In this document: positions 9,207 through 17,468 of the stretch, piece after piece
Layout of the letters: each line of letters opens with the position of its first letter
Numbering within the stretch: the stretch's first letter is position 1
Source: a virus
Taxonomy: Duplodnaviria; Caudoviricetes
Strand: one strand, 5' to 3'
IMG/VR virus record: IMGVR_UViG_3300007344_000201
Location: 1-26,172 of that record
DNA length: 26,172 nucleotides
Program-made: the position numbers and the translations under genes
The notes under the pieces: generated by a model
Seen by the model: only the letters and a program-made list of their open reading frames with translations
Database searches by the model: none
What the model was told of the DNA's origin: nothing

Positions 9207-10069
9207 CTGAGGTTCCGATACATCAACAACTTCGACAGGGTCATGTTCTGCTTTTCGTCAGAAGAAACCCTCGAATACGAATAGTCGCCGAGCGATTCGC
9301 TGTTCTTCGACGTGTCTTCCAGACGCAAGCGATAAAGTTCAGCAGCGATTTCAATCGTGACCTGTTCAACGTCCGCCGGTACTGTTGAATATCCAGCGGT
9401 GTATTCGATGAACAGCCCTTGAAACGTACCGGGGAAACGATGCGTGAATCGGTCGTCCGCGCGGTAGTTCGGAAACCTGTCCGAAAGAAGATGAACACGT
9501 CCGGTCTCGAATTCAACTCGGTACTCGCTGATGTTGTCGCGAGCATGAGTCAGGTTCATGTTCGCTTCTACCATTCCCCTGCCTCCGAAGCGGTGCAGGG
9601 TGTACGAGTATGCGTTTTTCGTAAGCGAAGCAGTGAAGCCAGTCACCGCAGCATTGATCTGCGTGACCAGTTGCGACGTAGTCGGATAGGTAGAAAACGC
9701 AAGAGACGACGAAGAAGATGAACCTGACGAGTCGACCCGTGCAAACTTGAGACTCAACCCGTCGTTTTCTACTGTTGCCAGAACGTCATCGGAATTGTCA
9801 AGAGTCAAATGGATTGCGTCGGCGGTTCCAAACGCAATCGTCTTGATGTCTTTGATCGGGTGATGTTTTACCGCGATCGTTCGTTGCGAGTTTGCGTCAA
9901 TCCACTCGTAGTACGTTCGACTCAGGACATTGCGGTCTAGGTAAGACTCGACAATGCTTGTCGATCGGTCAATAGCGGCCTCCAGTTGGAGGTCAAAGGC
10001 GTGATCGTTGACACCGATCCACGCCTTCAAGTTGGCGAGACTCGTCAGTGCGTAAGTACCGACCGCCAT
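9203..10069 (-). CDS. Head-tail connector (gp6/gp15-like) with internal insertion (288 aa)
   Basis: LTSLANLKAWIG...ESYLDR at N-terminus; YTAGY..VPAD...SESLGDYSYS at C-terminus; AGGAG RBS. Confidence 0.8.
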   Translation of the reverse strand: MAVGTYALTSLANLKAWIGVNDHAFDLQLEAAIDRSTSIVESYLDRNVLSRTYYEWIDANSQRTIAVKHHPIKDIKTIAFGTADAIHLTLDNSDDVLATVENDGLSLKFARVDSSGSSSSSSLAFSTYPTTSQLVTQINAAVTGFTASLTKNAYSYTLHRFGGRGMVEANMNLTHARDNISEYRVEFETGRVHLLSDRFPNYRADDRFTHRFPGTFQGLFIEYTAGYSTVPADVEQVTIEIAAELYRLRLEDTSKNSESLGDYSYSRVSSDEKQNMTLSKLLMYRNLR

Positions 10070-10083
10070 GTTTCACTCCTAAC

Positions 10084-10119
10084 GGGGGCGCGCCATCACG
10101 CAATGGATGACGCGCCCCC
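10084..10119 (-). promoter_or_regulatory. GC-rich intergenic hairpin (14-bp stem including one G-U pair, 8-nt loop), no U-tract
   Basis: gggggcgcg-c-catc / gatg-a-cgcgccccc inverted repeat between the capsid-adjacent gene and the connector RBS. Confidence 0.65.
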
Positions 10120-10137
10120 TGAAGAAGAAAGGAGTTC

Positions 10138-10578
10138 TCAGGCATCGACCATCGTGTTGACGCCACGATCGGCCAACACGTTGGTTGCCTCTTCCGCCTT
10201 GGAAAGAATTCCAAGCATGGAACAAAGAGTTGTCCCGCCGTAGGTGCCTGCGACCGAGATGTATCGCTTGTGGCCCCGGAGGTCGAGGTTGATGACGTGG
10301 ATCTCGTCATCGCTGGCCGAGGGAAGCGTCGAGGTTCCCCCGTCGATGTCGAGCGCCGTGCCGATGGTCGTACCGGCCACGTCGATTGCCCCGCTCATGT
10401 TGGCCGCGTCGGACTCCTGCAACTTGAGGGCCGTCATGCCCCCGGATGCTCCGGTCTGGACGACGACCGAGAGGTACGAGTAACCAGCGGTATCAACCGC
10501 ATTGTCGACGGACAGCGTGCTGCTATCCGAGACGGGGTCGAGGATGTTGACGTACTTGACTGCTGCTGCGTGGTTCAT
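10138..10578 (-). CDS. Putative capsid decoration/cement protein (146 aa)
   Basis: Directly after the capsid gene; GGAGG RBS; beta-rich, VDTAGY...LQESD...KRYI pattern. Confidence 0.6.
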   Translation of the reverse strand: MNHAAAVKYVNILDPVSDSSTLSVDNAVDTAGYSYLSVVVQTGASGGMTALKLQESDAANMSGAIDVAGTTIGTALDIDGGTSTLPSASDDEIHVINLDLRGHKRYISVAGTYGGTTLCSMLGILSKAEEATNVLADRGVNTMVDA

Positions 10579-10596
10579 GGTTTATTGCCCTCCAGA

Positions 10597-12012
10597 TCAG
10601 GCGTCGTCGTTGTCGATGGTGAGAGCGACAATCGGACCCGCTTCGTTGGTGTCGCCACAATCGTGACAGACAATGTCGAATCGTTCCGTGCCACGAACAG
10701 CGATCTCGTCCTGCTGGAAGACATCCATCGCCTGATCGCTGACCTGAATCTGAGTCGAACGGCGATCGCCGAAGGACGCAGCCAGAGTCATGTCGCCAAA
10801 GTACGCGATCTTCGCGTTGTCGGTGGTGGTGTTGATGTCCGGGAGAACCTGCGAGAAGACAACCGGATACCCGAGAAGGTTCGGGGTCCACTTGCCGTCC
10901 AACTGGTCGCGGAAGGTGTTGCCACCAGCCTCGCGAACAATCGCTTCAACCGTTCCGTGATACACCGACTTGTGCATGTACCACTTGCAGTTGCGAGTGT
11001 CGGCGTACTGCGGAAGCAGAGCCATCAGATCGGTAAACACGCCAAGGCTGGTCACGTCCGTGAGAGCCGGGGTAGTCAGTTCGGTGGTCTGGCTAATGCC
11101 AGCCGAACCCATCGAGTTCGCAAGCCCGGTGATGCCGCCGTAGGTCGAAGTGCCGTCACCGAGGAAGAGACACTCATCTTCACGCTTCGCGAAGGCGTAA
11201 GCGATTTCGCCGCTGACCTCGTCTGCGATCGAGATAAAAGCGTCCTCGTTCAGTTCGCTGGAGATGGTCGTCAAGACGGCCATCTTCTTTGCGACGAGCG
11301 AGACCTGCTCGAAGGACATCGTGGACTCGGTGATGGCTGCCGCCTCACCAACGAAGTACGGGGTCAGGGTGTCGCGCTGTCGCGGGATGCGATGCACGTC
11401 GGTGGTCATGGGTCGGACCCGGCACTCGGATCGAGCGATACCGAACTCCTCGCGGAGACGGATCAGTTCGGTCTCGAACACTTCGGGGACGAGGAAGCCA
11501 CCCGCACTGTTGACGCCTTCGGTGTGCGCCTTGGTCAGCAGGTCGTTCTTCTCGCAGAAGTTGATCGACTTGCGGATGCCAGCGGCGGCACCAATGAAGT
11601 GACCGAAGGCCAGAGCCTTCTCGTGAGCGTCACCGTTCTCGTCGCTGACGAAGTTCTTGACCCGACCAGCGAATCGCTTGGAACGAACCGCAGGGACGCC
11701 AGCCGAAAACGCCTTAGAGCGAGCGAGACGAAGGGACTTCTTGGTCTCCTTCTCCTCGTCCTCGTCCTCAGTCATCTTGTCATAGGGCATCTCTTCCTTA
11801 TCGTCCGCCTTCTCTTCCATTTCTTCCTCTTCGGCGGCTCGGCGGTACATCCGCATTTCGATCTCTTCGGGATCGACCGGCTTGCCATCTTCGTCAACGA
11901 TGGCGACCTTTTCCATCTGGAGACGCTTCGCTTCGGCGAAACGCTCGGCACCGACCTGACGCGCAAGCGTCTGAAGTTCGGCATTGAGTTCAGTGATCGT
12001 GACCTGTCGCAT
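10597..12012 (-). CDS. Major capsid protein, HK97 fold, with ~160-aa N-terminal delta/scaffold domain
   Basis: AGGFLVPE, VGEAAAITES, ISSELNED, LLGYPV, YFGD motifs; TAAGGAG RBS. Confidence 0.95.
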   Translation of the reverse strand: MRQVTITELNAELQTLARQVGAERFAEAKRLQMEKVAIVDEDGKPVDPEEIEMRMYRRAAEEEEMEEKADDKEEMPYDKMTEDEDEEKETKKSLRLARSKAFSAGVPAVRSKRFAGRVKNFVSDENGDAHEKALAFGHFIGAAAGIRKSINFCEKNDLLTKAHTEGVNSAGGFLVPEVFETELIRLREEFGIARSECRVRPMTTDVHRIPRQRDTLTPYFVGEAAAITESTMSFEQVSLVAKKMAVLTTISSELNEDAFISIADEVSGEIAYAFAKREDECLFLGDGTSTYGGITGLANSMGSAGISQTTELTTPALTDVTSLGVFTDLMALLPQYADTRNCKWYMHKSVYHGTVEAIVREAGGNTFRDQLDGKWTPNLLGYPVVFSQVLPDINTTTDNAKIAYFGDMTLAASFGDRRSTQIQVSDQAMDVFQQDEIAVRGTERFDIVCHDCGDTNEAGPIVALTIDNDDA

Positions 12013-12089
12013 TGTGGCGACTCCTTATTGCTAAGTGTTTCTAAACCGCTGGCGCGTTCTGGCTTTGCCCATCAGTTCGAGCGTTTCGC

Positions 12090-12752
12090 TCACCTGCTCG
12101 GACCACTCCAAATTCGCCCCTTCATGCGGGCTTTCCGTTCTCTTGTAAGTCTCGAAACTCGCTCCGCCACACCCTCGTCTGGCAGTTCGATTTCAATCAA
12201 GTGCTTCGAAATAGCGGGCGCAGATCCGAGGAAGTTCTTGACTTGCGTCGGGCTGACGACACCCTTCTTGACCGCCGAGATCAGCGCGGTGCCGTTTGCA
12301 GGAAGCGGAGCGACTGAGACCTCTAGCAGTTTCCACTGGCTGAAGACCTGCTTGACATCATCCCCAAAGGTCTGCTTGTCCTTGGCGGTAGGCTTTCGAG
12401 TTCCACCCGCCTTCGGCATGAAGCCGACCGAGATCCCCTTGACGATTCCCTGTCCCACCAGAGCCTTGACAAAGTCAGGGAAGAAGTCGCCTTGGTAGCC
12501 TTCGGGTCTTTCAGCGAACTCGATCGTCGCGTCAATCTTGCCAGAGCCTCGACGCATCCCGATGACCTTGCCGATCGGCATTGCATAGTCGTGGTTGTAA
12601 AACACCACCGGGTTCTTGTCGAACTCTGTCGAGTCGCAACCCTGAGAGATCAGAACCTCGCCGTCGCGGTCGATGGATTCGGTGGTAATGACGCAGTCGA
12701 CCTCGGCCCCGGTCGGCGTGTCCAGAGTGGTGTCAAACAGTTTGCGAATCAT
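12090..12752 (-). CDS. HK97-family prohead (maturation) protease
   Basis: DRDGE, NHD..PIG, GISVGF, LLEVSVAPLPAN motifs. Confidence 0.93.
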   Translation of the reverse strand: MIRKLFDTTLDTPTGAEVDCVITTESIDRDGEVLISQGCDSTEFDKNPVVFYNHDYAMPIGKVIGMRRGSGKIDATIEFAERPEGYQGDFFPDFVKALVGQGIVKGISVGFMPKAGGTRKPTAKDKQTFGDDVKQVFSQWKLLEVSVAPLPANGTALISAVKKGVVSPTQVKNFLGSAPAISKHLIEIELPDEGVAERVSRLTRERKARMKGRIWSGPSR

Positions 12753-13748
12753 CTAAAAGTCCAGAACCGGGTCGATGTCGCACCGGCAGTTAGGGTGAAT
12801 GGTTCCGTAGGCGGGAATCGACACTACCATCGACCCGCCCATCGTTCCGTTGATGACTTCCCCTGCACCATAAAACGGCGCGTCAATGCCTACCGATCTT
12901 CCCGTCCTTTCTCCAAACTCGAAAGACGCACGCTGACAGAATTGGCAAGCATCGAACGCCATCAGGAAATGCTTCTGTTTGACAGCGTTTGTCTGCTTCC
13001 ATGCGTCAATCTGCGCAACGTGGTACGCACGGGCAGATTCGGTTCTTGCAATCGTTGCAGCCCTTGTTCGGCTTACATCGTGATTTTCTACGAGGTAGCG
13101 ACGAAGGTCTGAAAGGTTGAACTCGGCGGGAAGACTTGCGGGGTCGAGACCGCGCAATAAGCGGGTCTGGGTATCGGTGAATACCGCATCGGAAACAACG
13201 GAGGCCATGTCGTCGATGCTGTCGACCACCGCATTCGACAGGCGAATGCTTCCAAGTCTTCCCGCCTTGGCTTGTGAAATTGCATCTGCAAGTTGTTGTG
13301 GCACTTGCCCACCCGATACGCCCAACTTCTCAAGCGTCTCTTCAAGGCGAAGGATTGCAATGCGAACCCCGGCTTGAGCAGTCGATCCATAGGCTGTCTT
13401 CAAAGCACCTTCGAATTGACTTCGCAAATCAACGCTAATTGCAGGAGTCGAAAATTGGCGAGCCAGTTCTCGAAAGGTCATCAGGACAACGTCGTCGACC
13501 AGCCTCTTTGATCGGTGACGCCCCTCGGCCTCGTCGACTACGCGAAGCATTGCGTTGCGAATTGCAATCAAGGCGTCGGTGGTGATGCGCTCGATAAGCC
13601 GGGCAGGGGTCACGGGTAGGTCGCGAATGTCGTTGTCCGCATTCGCCCCCTCCTTGCTCTGCTTGGCAAAGTCTTCTTCAAGACCCTCTACCCCCAAGCG
13701 ATAGCCTGCGGTCTGCTCAGGCCAATCGTATGCCTTGTGGATGCACAT
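12753..13748 (-). CDS. MuF / SPP1 gp7-like minor head protein without C-terminal extension
   Basis: RAATIARTESARAY, CQFC and HPNCRC motifs; ends 8 residues after CRC. Confidence 0.9.
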   Translation of the reverse strand: MCIHKAYDWPEQTAGYRLGVEGLEEDFAKQSKEGANADNDIRDLPVTPARLIERITTDALIAIRNAMLRVVDEAEGRHRSKRLVDDVVLMTFRELARQFSTPAISVDLRSQFEGALKTAYGSTAQAGVRIAILRLEETLEKLGVSGGQVPQQLADAISQAKAGRLGSIRLSNAVVDSIDDMASVVSDAVFTDTQTRLLRGLDPASLPAEFNLSDLRRYLVENHDVSRTRAATIARTESARAYHVAQIDAWKQTNAVKQKHFLMAFDACQFCQRASFEFGERTGRSVGIDAPFYGAGEVINGTMGGSMVVSIPAYGTIHPNCRCDIDPVLDF

Positions 13749-13876
13749 CAGTTGTGAGCCTTTGGGTCGACCTTGCTTTCGATGAATTTCATCAGGCTTT
13801 CGACAATCTCTTCCTCGGACATTTCCGAGGACTCGCCGAGCAGCGTCAGTTCAGGCTTCTTTGGTTCATCTGGCAC
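13748..13876 (-). CDS. Small acidic protein (42 aa), below the ORF-track cutoff
   Basis: GGAG RBS, GTG 13876: MPDEPKKPELTLLGESSEMSEEEIVESLMKFIESKVDPKAHN; TGATG overlap with MuF; fills the gap exactly. Confidence 0.7.
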   Translation of the reverse strand: MPDEPKKPELTLLGESSEMSEEEIVESLMKFIESKVDPKAHN

Positions 13877-14417
13877 TGATTGTCTCCATACTTTCAAGAT
13901 CGAAAATTGCTTCCTGATCGTTCTGCTTCGCTACCCGCATCGCCTCGTCTCGATCGGGAATCACCAGCGACACGTCAAGATAGAACTTGTTCGCGTCCTT
14001 GTCCCACCATCCGCCAAAGTGCGCACCCTTCTTTGCAAGAAGGTCTTTGTTGTTGTTCGTGAACTCTCGACACACCGATCGCAGCGACTCTCTGAAAGCA
14101 GCAAGGTCGCCACCCGGCTCGCTCAAATCCATCACGAATTCGCGGTCCTTGAACGGCGAGACGGCAAAGCCCTTCGTCGGGCTTGAGCCGGTCGCGGGGT
14201 TGTAGGTGAACCCTCCGCCCTCAATGACGCGCGACACCATTTCCCTCATGCTGCCCGGCTTCGCACTTACGCCATCACCCGCTGCGCAATCGTTCCCCGG
14301 TTGGAACCCACCTGCGCCTGTGCCGCAGTTGTCAGCGGACTTTTCTTTCCTGCGCTTTGGCTTGGGCTTGGTCCCGAACGCAATGCGGAAGGAATACTCC
14401 GATTCAAGCCTGCTCAT
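13866..14417 (-). CDS. Tag-bearing putative effector (183 aa); C-terminal domain tentatively SAM-lyase-like
   Basis: KSADNCGTGAGGFQPGNDCA followed by GGFT...GFAVS...GGWWD...YLDVS...DQEAIFDL. Confidence 0.7.
   Translation of the reverse strand: MSRLESEYSFRIAFGTKPKPKRRKEKSADNCGTGAGGFQPGNDCAAGDGVSAKPGSMREMVSRVIEGGGFTYNPATGSSPTKGFAVSPFKDREFVMDLSEPGGDLAAFRESLRSVCREFTNNNKDLLAKKGAHFGGWWDKDANKFYLDVSLVIPDRDEAMRVAKQNDQEAIFDLESMETISAR
14283..14342 (-). repeat. Tag motif copy 4: KSADNCGTGAGGFQPGNDCA
   Basis: Direct translation; homologous to copies at 15593, 16911, 19241. Confidence 0.95.
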
Positions 14418-15727
14418 TACTCGACCTCCTCGGCGTCAATGACAAGCAACGCTTTTCTAAGTTGTGGGGTTATTTTCCACTGCCTGTTTGTGATTCGGTA
14501 GGTCGTATCCCTCGGCAAGACCACCTCTTCCTCGCCGGGATGTGCGCTGTATGGAGCAACGTCTAGTCCTGTCTTTGCTTTGATTCTCATATGAACACTT
14601 GCCTGCCCACCGCCTGAGAAACCCGACGCGGTCAGAGCGTTGATGCTCGTCGAAACGTAACCGCGTGTAGTGAACTCGTCTTTTTCCAACAAGTTGCGAA
14701 GAAGGCCACCCTCCCAAGTATGCTTGTCGAGAGAGATTCCGCGATGGACAAGAACGGACTCGCCGTTTTTCAAGATTGAATCGTTGAGGTCGAAGTCCAA
14801 CTCTCGCACCATATCGTTAGACATGGCTGCAAGACCAGTTTCGTAGAACGCATCGTGAACCTCGTTTGGTCCCCAGTCATTGACCATTGAGTCAATTTGG
14901 TCAAATGACTCTTTGAACGACTCGAAATTACTTGGTTCTTCCAATGCAAAGTTCAAGTCTTGCAACGTGCTTTGCGTGTCCCACAGATCGTTCAATTTCT
15001 GCGTGGTTCCGTGACCCATGAACGCCGAGTAGGCGTCATCCATATCTGAATGCGCCAACTCAAGGTCTGCGCCGAAGGCTTCGATTGCTTCGAAAGTCTC
15101 GCTGTGTTTTTCAATCCAACTTTCTCGCCAAGCGTTGAATTCTTCGGGGGTATCGAACGGATCTGCGACACTTGCAAGTTCTCTTTCTGGGTCTTGCATC
15201 AAATCGCGTAGTTCTCCCCTCAACTTGCCGACTGCTTCCTTGGCTTTCGTTTCAACCTCAGTTCCCAAATACGTCTTTGCGGGGTTTGGAATTATTTCTT
15301 CTTCCGTACCATTTCGCAACGCCTCATTCAGCGTGGCACTGTGGCGCGTATACAAATTGATAGAACCGGCTTCTTCGTCAAGGATTCTTGATTCGCTCTT
15401 GAATAGTTCGCGGTTTGTTTTTAGTGCTTCTTTGTCTTGTTCAGTTGGTTCATACTTTCTTCCATCAGCCATTTCCGTTGGAACGCCGTAAAGTTCATGC
15501 CCTCCCTCCTCTTTCCATCGTTGCAGATCCTTTTCAAAAAGTTGGCGATCGGCTGCTCGCGGGAAGTCGCGGTTGGCAGCAGCCGACCCTGTCGCACAAG
15601 TGTTGTCCTCTTTGAACCCACCTGCGCCGGTTCCACAGTTGTCGGCTGACTTATTTAAGGTTTCCTGACTAGCCGAAGGCTTATTAAACCGAATCATGAA
15701 AGATGCGGGATCCGTTTGATTAGTCAT
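14417..15727 (-). CDS. Tag-bearing ADP-ribosyltransferase (VIP2/C3/Alt-like R-S-E clade), 436 aa
   Basis: YTRHSATLNEALR; VHRGI; YVSTS; GEEEVVLPRD. Confidence 0.88.
   Translation of the reverse strand: MTNQTDPASFMIRFNKPSASQETLNKSADNCGTGAGGFKEDNTCATGSAAANRDFPRAADRQLFEKDLQRWKEEGGHELYGVPTEMADGRKYEPTEQDKEALKTNRELFKSESRILDEEAGSINLYTRHSATLNEALRNGTEEEIIPNPAKTYLGTEVETKAKEAVGKLRGELRDLMQDPERELASVADPFDTPEEFNAWRESWIEKHSETFEAIEAFGADLELAHSDMDDAYSAFMGHGTTQKLNDLWDTQSTLQDLNFALEEPSNFESFKESFDQIDSMVNDWGPNEVHDAFYETGLAAMSNDMVRELDFDLNDSILKNGESVLVHRGISLDKHTWEGGLLRNLLEKDEFTTRGYVSTSINALTASGFSGGGQASVHMRIKAKTGLDVAPYSAHPGEEEVVLPRDTTYRITNRQWKITPQLRKALLVIDAEEVE
15593..15652 (-). repeat. Tag motif copy 3: KSADNCGTGAGGFKEDNTCA
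   Basis: Direct translation. Confidence 0.95.
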
Positions 15728-17468
15728 TGACTTCTTCCGCTTCGAGGAACAGAACCAACTTTCCGCCGTTTGTAAACCAGTTTCGTTTCATGATTCTGTA
15801 GGACTGGTCTCTAGGTAGCAGCACTTCCTTCTCTCCTTGGTGATAGGTGTAAGGCTCAACCCACGCGCCTTTCTTTGCTCGGATTTTTAACATGACGCTT
15901 TGATCCCGACGCTTGAGAAATCCACGGCTTACATCAGGGCTTGTGCTAGTGGAAGCAAATGATCTCGTTGTAAACGTCCCATCTCCATCAAGGTCGAGCA
16001 TGTCCTCTAAAGCGTCTCCGTTCCAAAAGGCGTTGTCAGAAACCGCAATGCCTCGATACACCGGGACGTAGTCAAGACCAGTCGACTCTGTGTATTTTTC
16101 CAGATTTCGAATCAAAGGCTTAGTTGTAGCATTGTCCAAAGCACCGACGTATTCACTGCTCTGCACTTGCAGGCTGTTGATCCTTGCTGTTTCTTGCGCG
16201 AAGGTTTGCATCGTCATAATGTGTCGACGAGCATCTTTCAGTAGTTGCTGGGTGTAATCCGCGCTGTACGCAATTCGAATGTTGTCACCGAGGTATCGGA
16301 GTTCTTCTCCTGCTTTGAAGAACTCACCAACGGTGTATCTGTCTATTTCGACCCCGACCTTCTTCAAATCCGTAAGGTCGTCAGCCAAAAGTTCCATGTC
16401 TTGACCAAACTCGTTGATGAGGTTGATTTCTTCTTCGAACTTTTCTAAGAACTCGTCTCGATACGATTCGAACTCTTCAAAGGCACCAAGGCCGTCAAAT
16501 CCTTCGTATGGCGATTCGCCTTTGAGGCCAAACATTGCAGTGATTGCTTGCTTTGCGTTTTTGTGTTGCTCGGTGTCGAAATACAGTTTCTCGAAGTCTG
16601 GGATGTCCGGGGCTTTTCCTGTGTCTCGCAGCGCGTTGTTGAGTTGTGCCGAACCTCTCGAATATGCGCCGAGGGATTTGCCCTCTAAATTACCTACGAC
16701 TGTCGCGACTGTTCCATCAGACAGGTTTCTTTCGACGCTCGCAATTTCTTTTTTGCTGGTTTCAAGGACGTGGTCTGGCACACTGTTGTGGAAAGTTTGG
16801 ACGACTGGCACACCAAGGAATTCGCCTCTTCTCTTTCTGTTTTTATACGCCTCTTCGAACGCCTCCTTTGAAGAGACTGCGTCTCTGTTTTCCGACGCAG
16901 ACGAACCAGTCGCACAAGTGTTGTCTTCCTTGAACCCTCCCGCGCCGGTCCCGCAGTTGTCTCCGCTCTTCAGGTTCTTCTTGCCAGACTCGCGGTCGAT
17001 CGCTTCGACCTTGCTTTCGGCCCAAGTCTTACCGGGGTCTCCGCCCCAAAGCAGCCACGCAATCAGACCAGCGGACGGATAGCCTTCGTTGCCTTCCTTT
17101 GCAGCCGGGGCGTCGAGGTCGACTTCGTGCCGAGCGAAGAATGACTTCATCCGCTTGACGGTCGACGGCGATAGATCCTTGCGGTTGCTGATGTCTCGCG
17201 CGCGAGCAACACCGACCTCGGTGCCGCCCCTGCCGTGTTCCTTTCGCAACTTCAGCCCACGCTTTGCAGCGTTCGCCATCGCCTCGGTCGGCTTGAGGTT
17301 GATGTCCTTGACTGCTTTGGTCGAGGCTGTTTGACTGCCTTCAAACAGGGCGTCAATTAGGTCTTCGGGAACCTCGCTAGTAATTTGCATTTCCCGGTAC
17401 AACTTGGAAACGTGTCGACTAATTTCCTCGCGAGTGTCACCGGCAAATTGTTCGGGTAGGAAAATCAT
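15720..17468 (-). CDS. Multidomain protein: acidic leader + WLLWGG domain + tag + ADP-ribosyltransferase (582 aa)
   Basis: YSRGSAQLNNALR; VYRGI; FASTSTS; GEKEVLLPRD; internal KSGDNCGTGAGGFKEDNTCA. Confidence 0.88.
   Translation of the reverse strand: MIFLPEQFAGDTREEISRHVSKLYREMQITSEVPEDLIDALFEGSQTASTKAVKDINLKPTEAMANAAKRGLKLRKEHGRGGTEVGVARARDISNRKDLSPSTVKRMKSFFARHEVDLDAPAAKEGNEGYPSAGLIAWLLWGGDPGKTWAESKVEAIDRESGKKNLKSGDNCGTGAGGFKEDNTCATGSSASENRDAVSSKEAFEEAYKNRKRRGEFLGVPVVQTFHNSVPDHVLETSKKEIASVERNLSDGTVATVVGNLEGKSLGAYSRGSAQLNNALRDTGKAPDIPDFEKLYFDTEQHKNAKQAITAMFGLKGESPYEGFDGLGAFEEFESYRDEFLEKFEEEINLINEFGQDMELLADDLTDLKKVGVEIDRYTVGEFFKAGEELRYLGDNIRIAYSADYTQQLLKDARRHIMTMQTFAQETARINSLQVQSSEYVGALDNATTKPLIRNLEKYTESTGLDYVPVYRGIAVSDNAFWNGDALEDMLDLDGDGTFTTRSFASTSTSPDVSRGFLKRRDQSVMLKIRAKKGAWVEPYTYHQGEKEVLLPRDQSYRIMKRNWFTNGGKLVLFLEAEEVND
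16911..16970 (-). repeat. Tag motif copy 2: KSGDNCGTGAGGFKEDNTCA
   Basis: Direct translation. Confidence 0.95.

Noticed and set aside
12013-12091. Possible structured RNA between protease and capsid genes (GAGCG-AAA-CGCTC mini-hairpin)
   Set aside because: Stems of only 3-5 bp; not distinguishable from chance
10270-12498. 742-aa plus-strand ORF
   Set aside because: Antisense shadow of the capsid, decoration and protease genes caused by biased codon usage; no recognisable motifs
14417-16900. Lower GC of the ART genes as evidence of recent horizontal acquisition
   Set aside because: Tape measure and neck genes look similarly AT-richer than the capsid gene, and the cassette shares the AGCT/CCWGG avoidance
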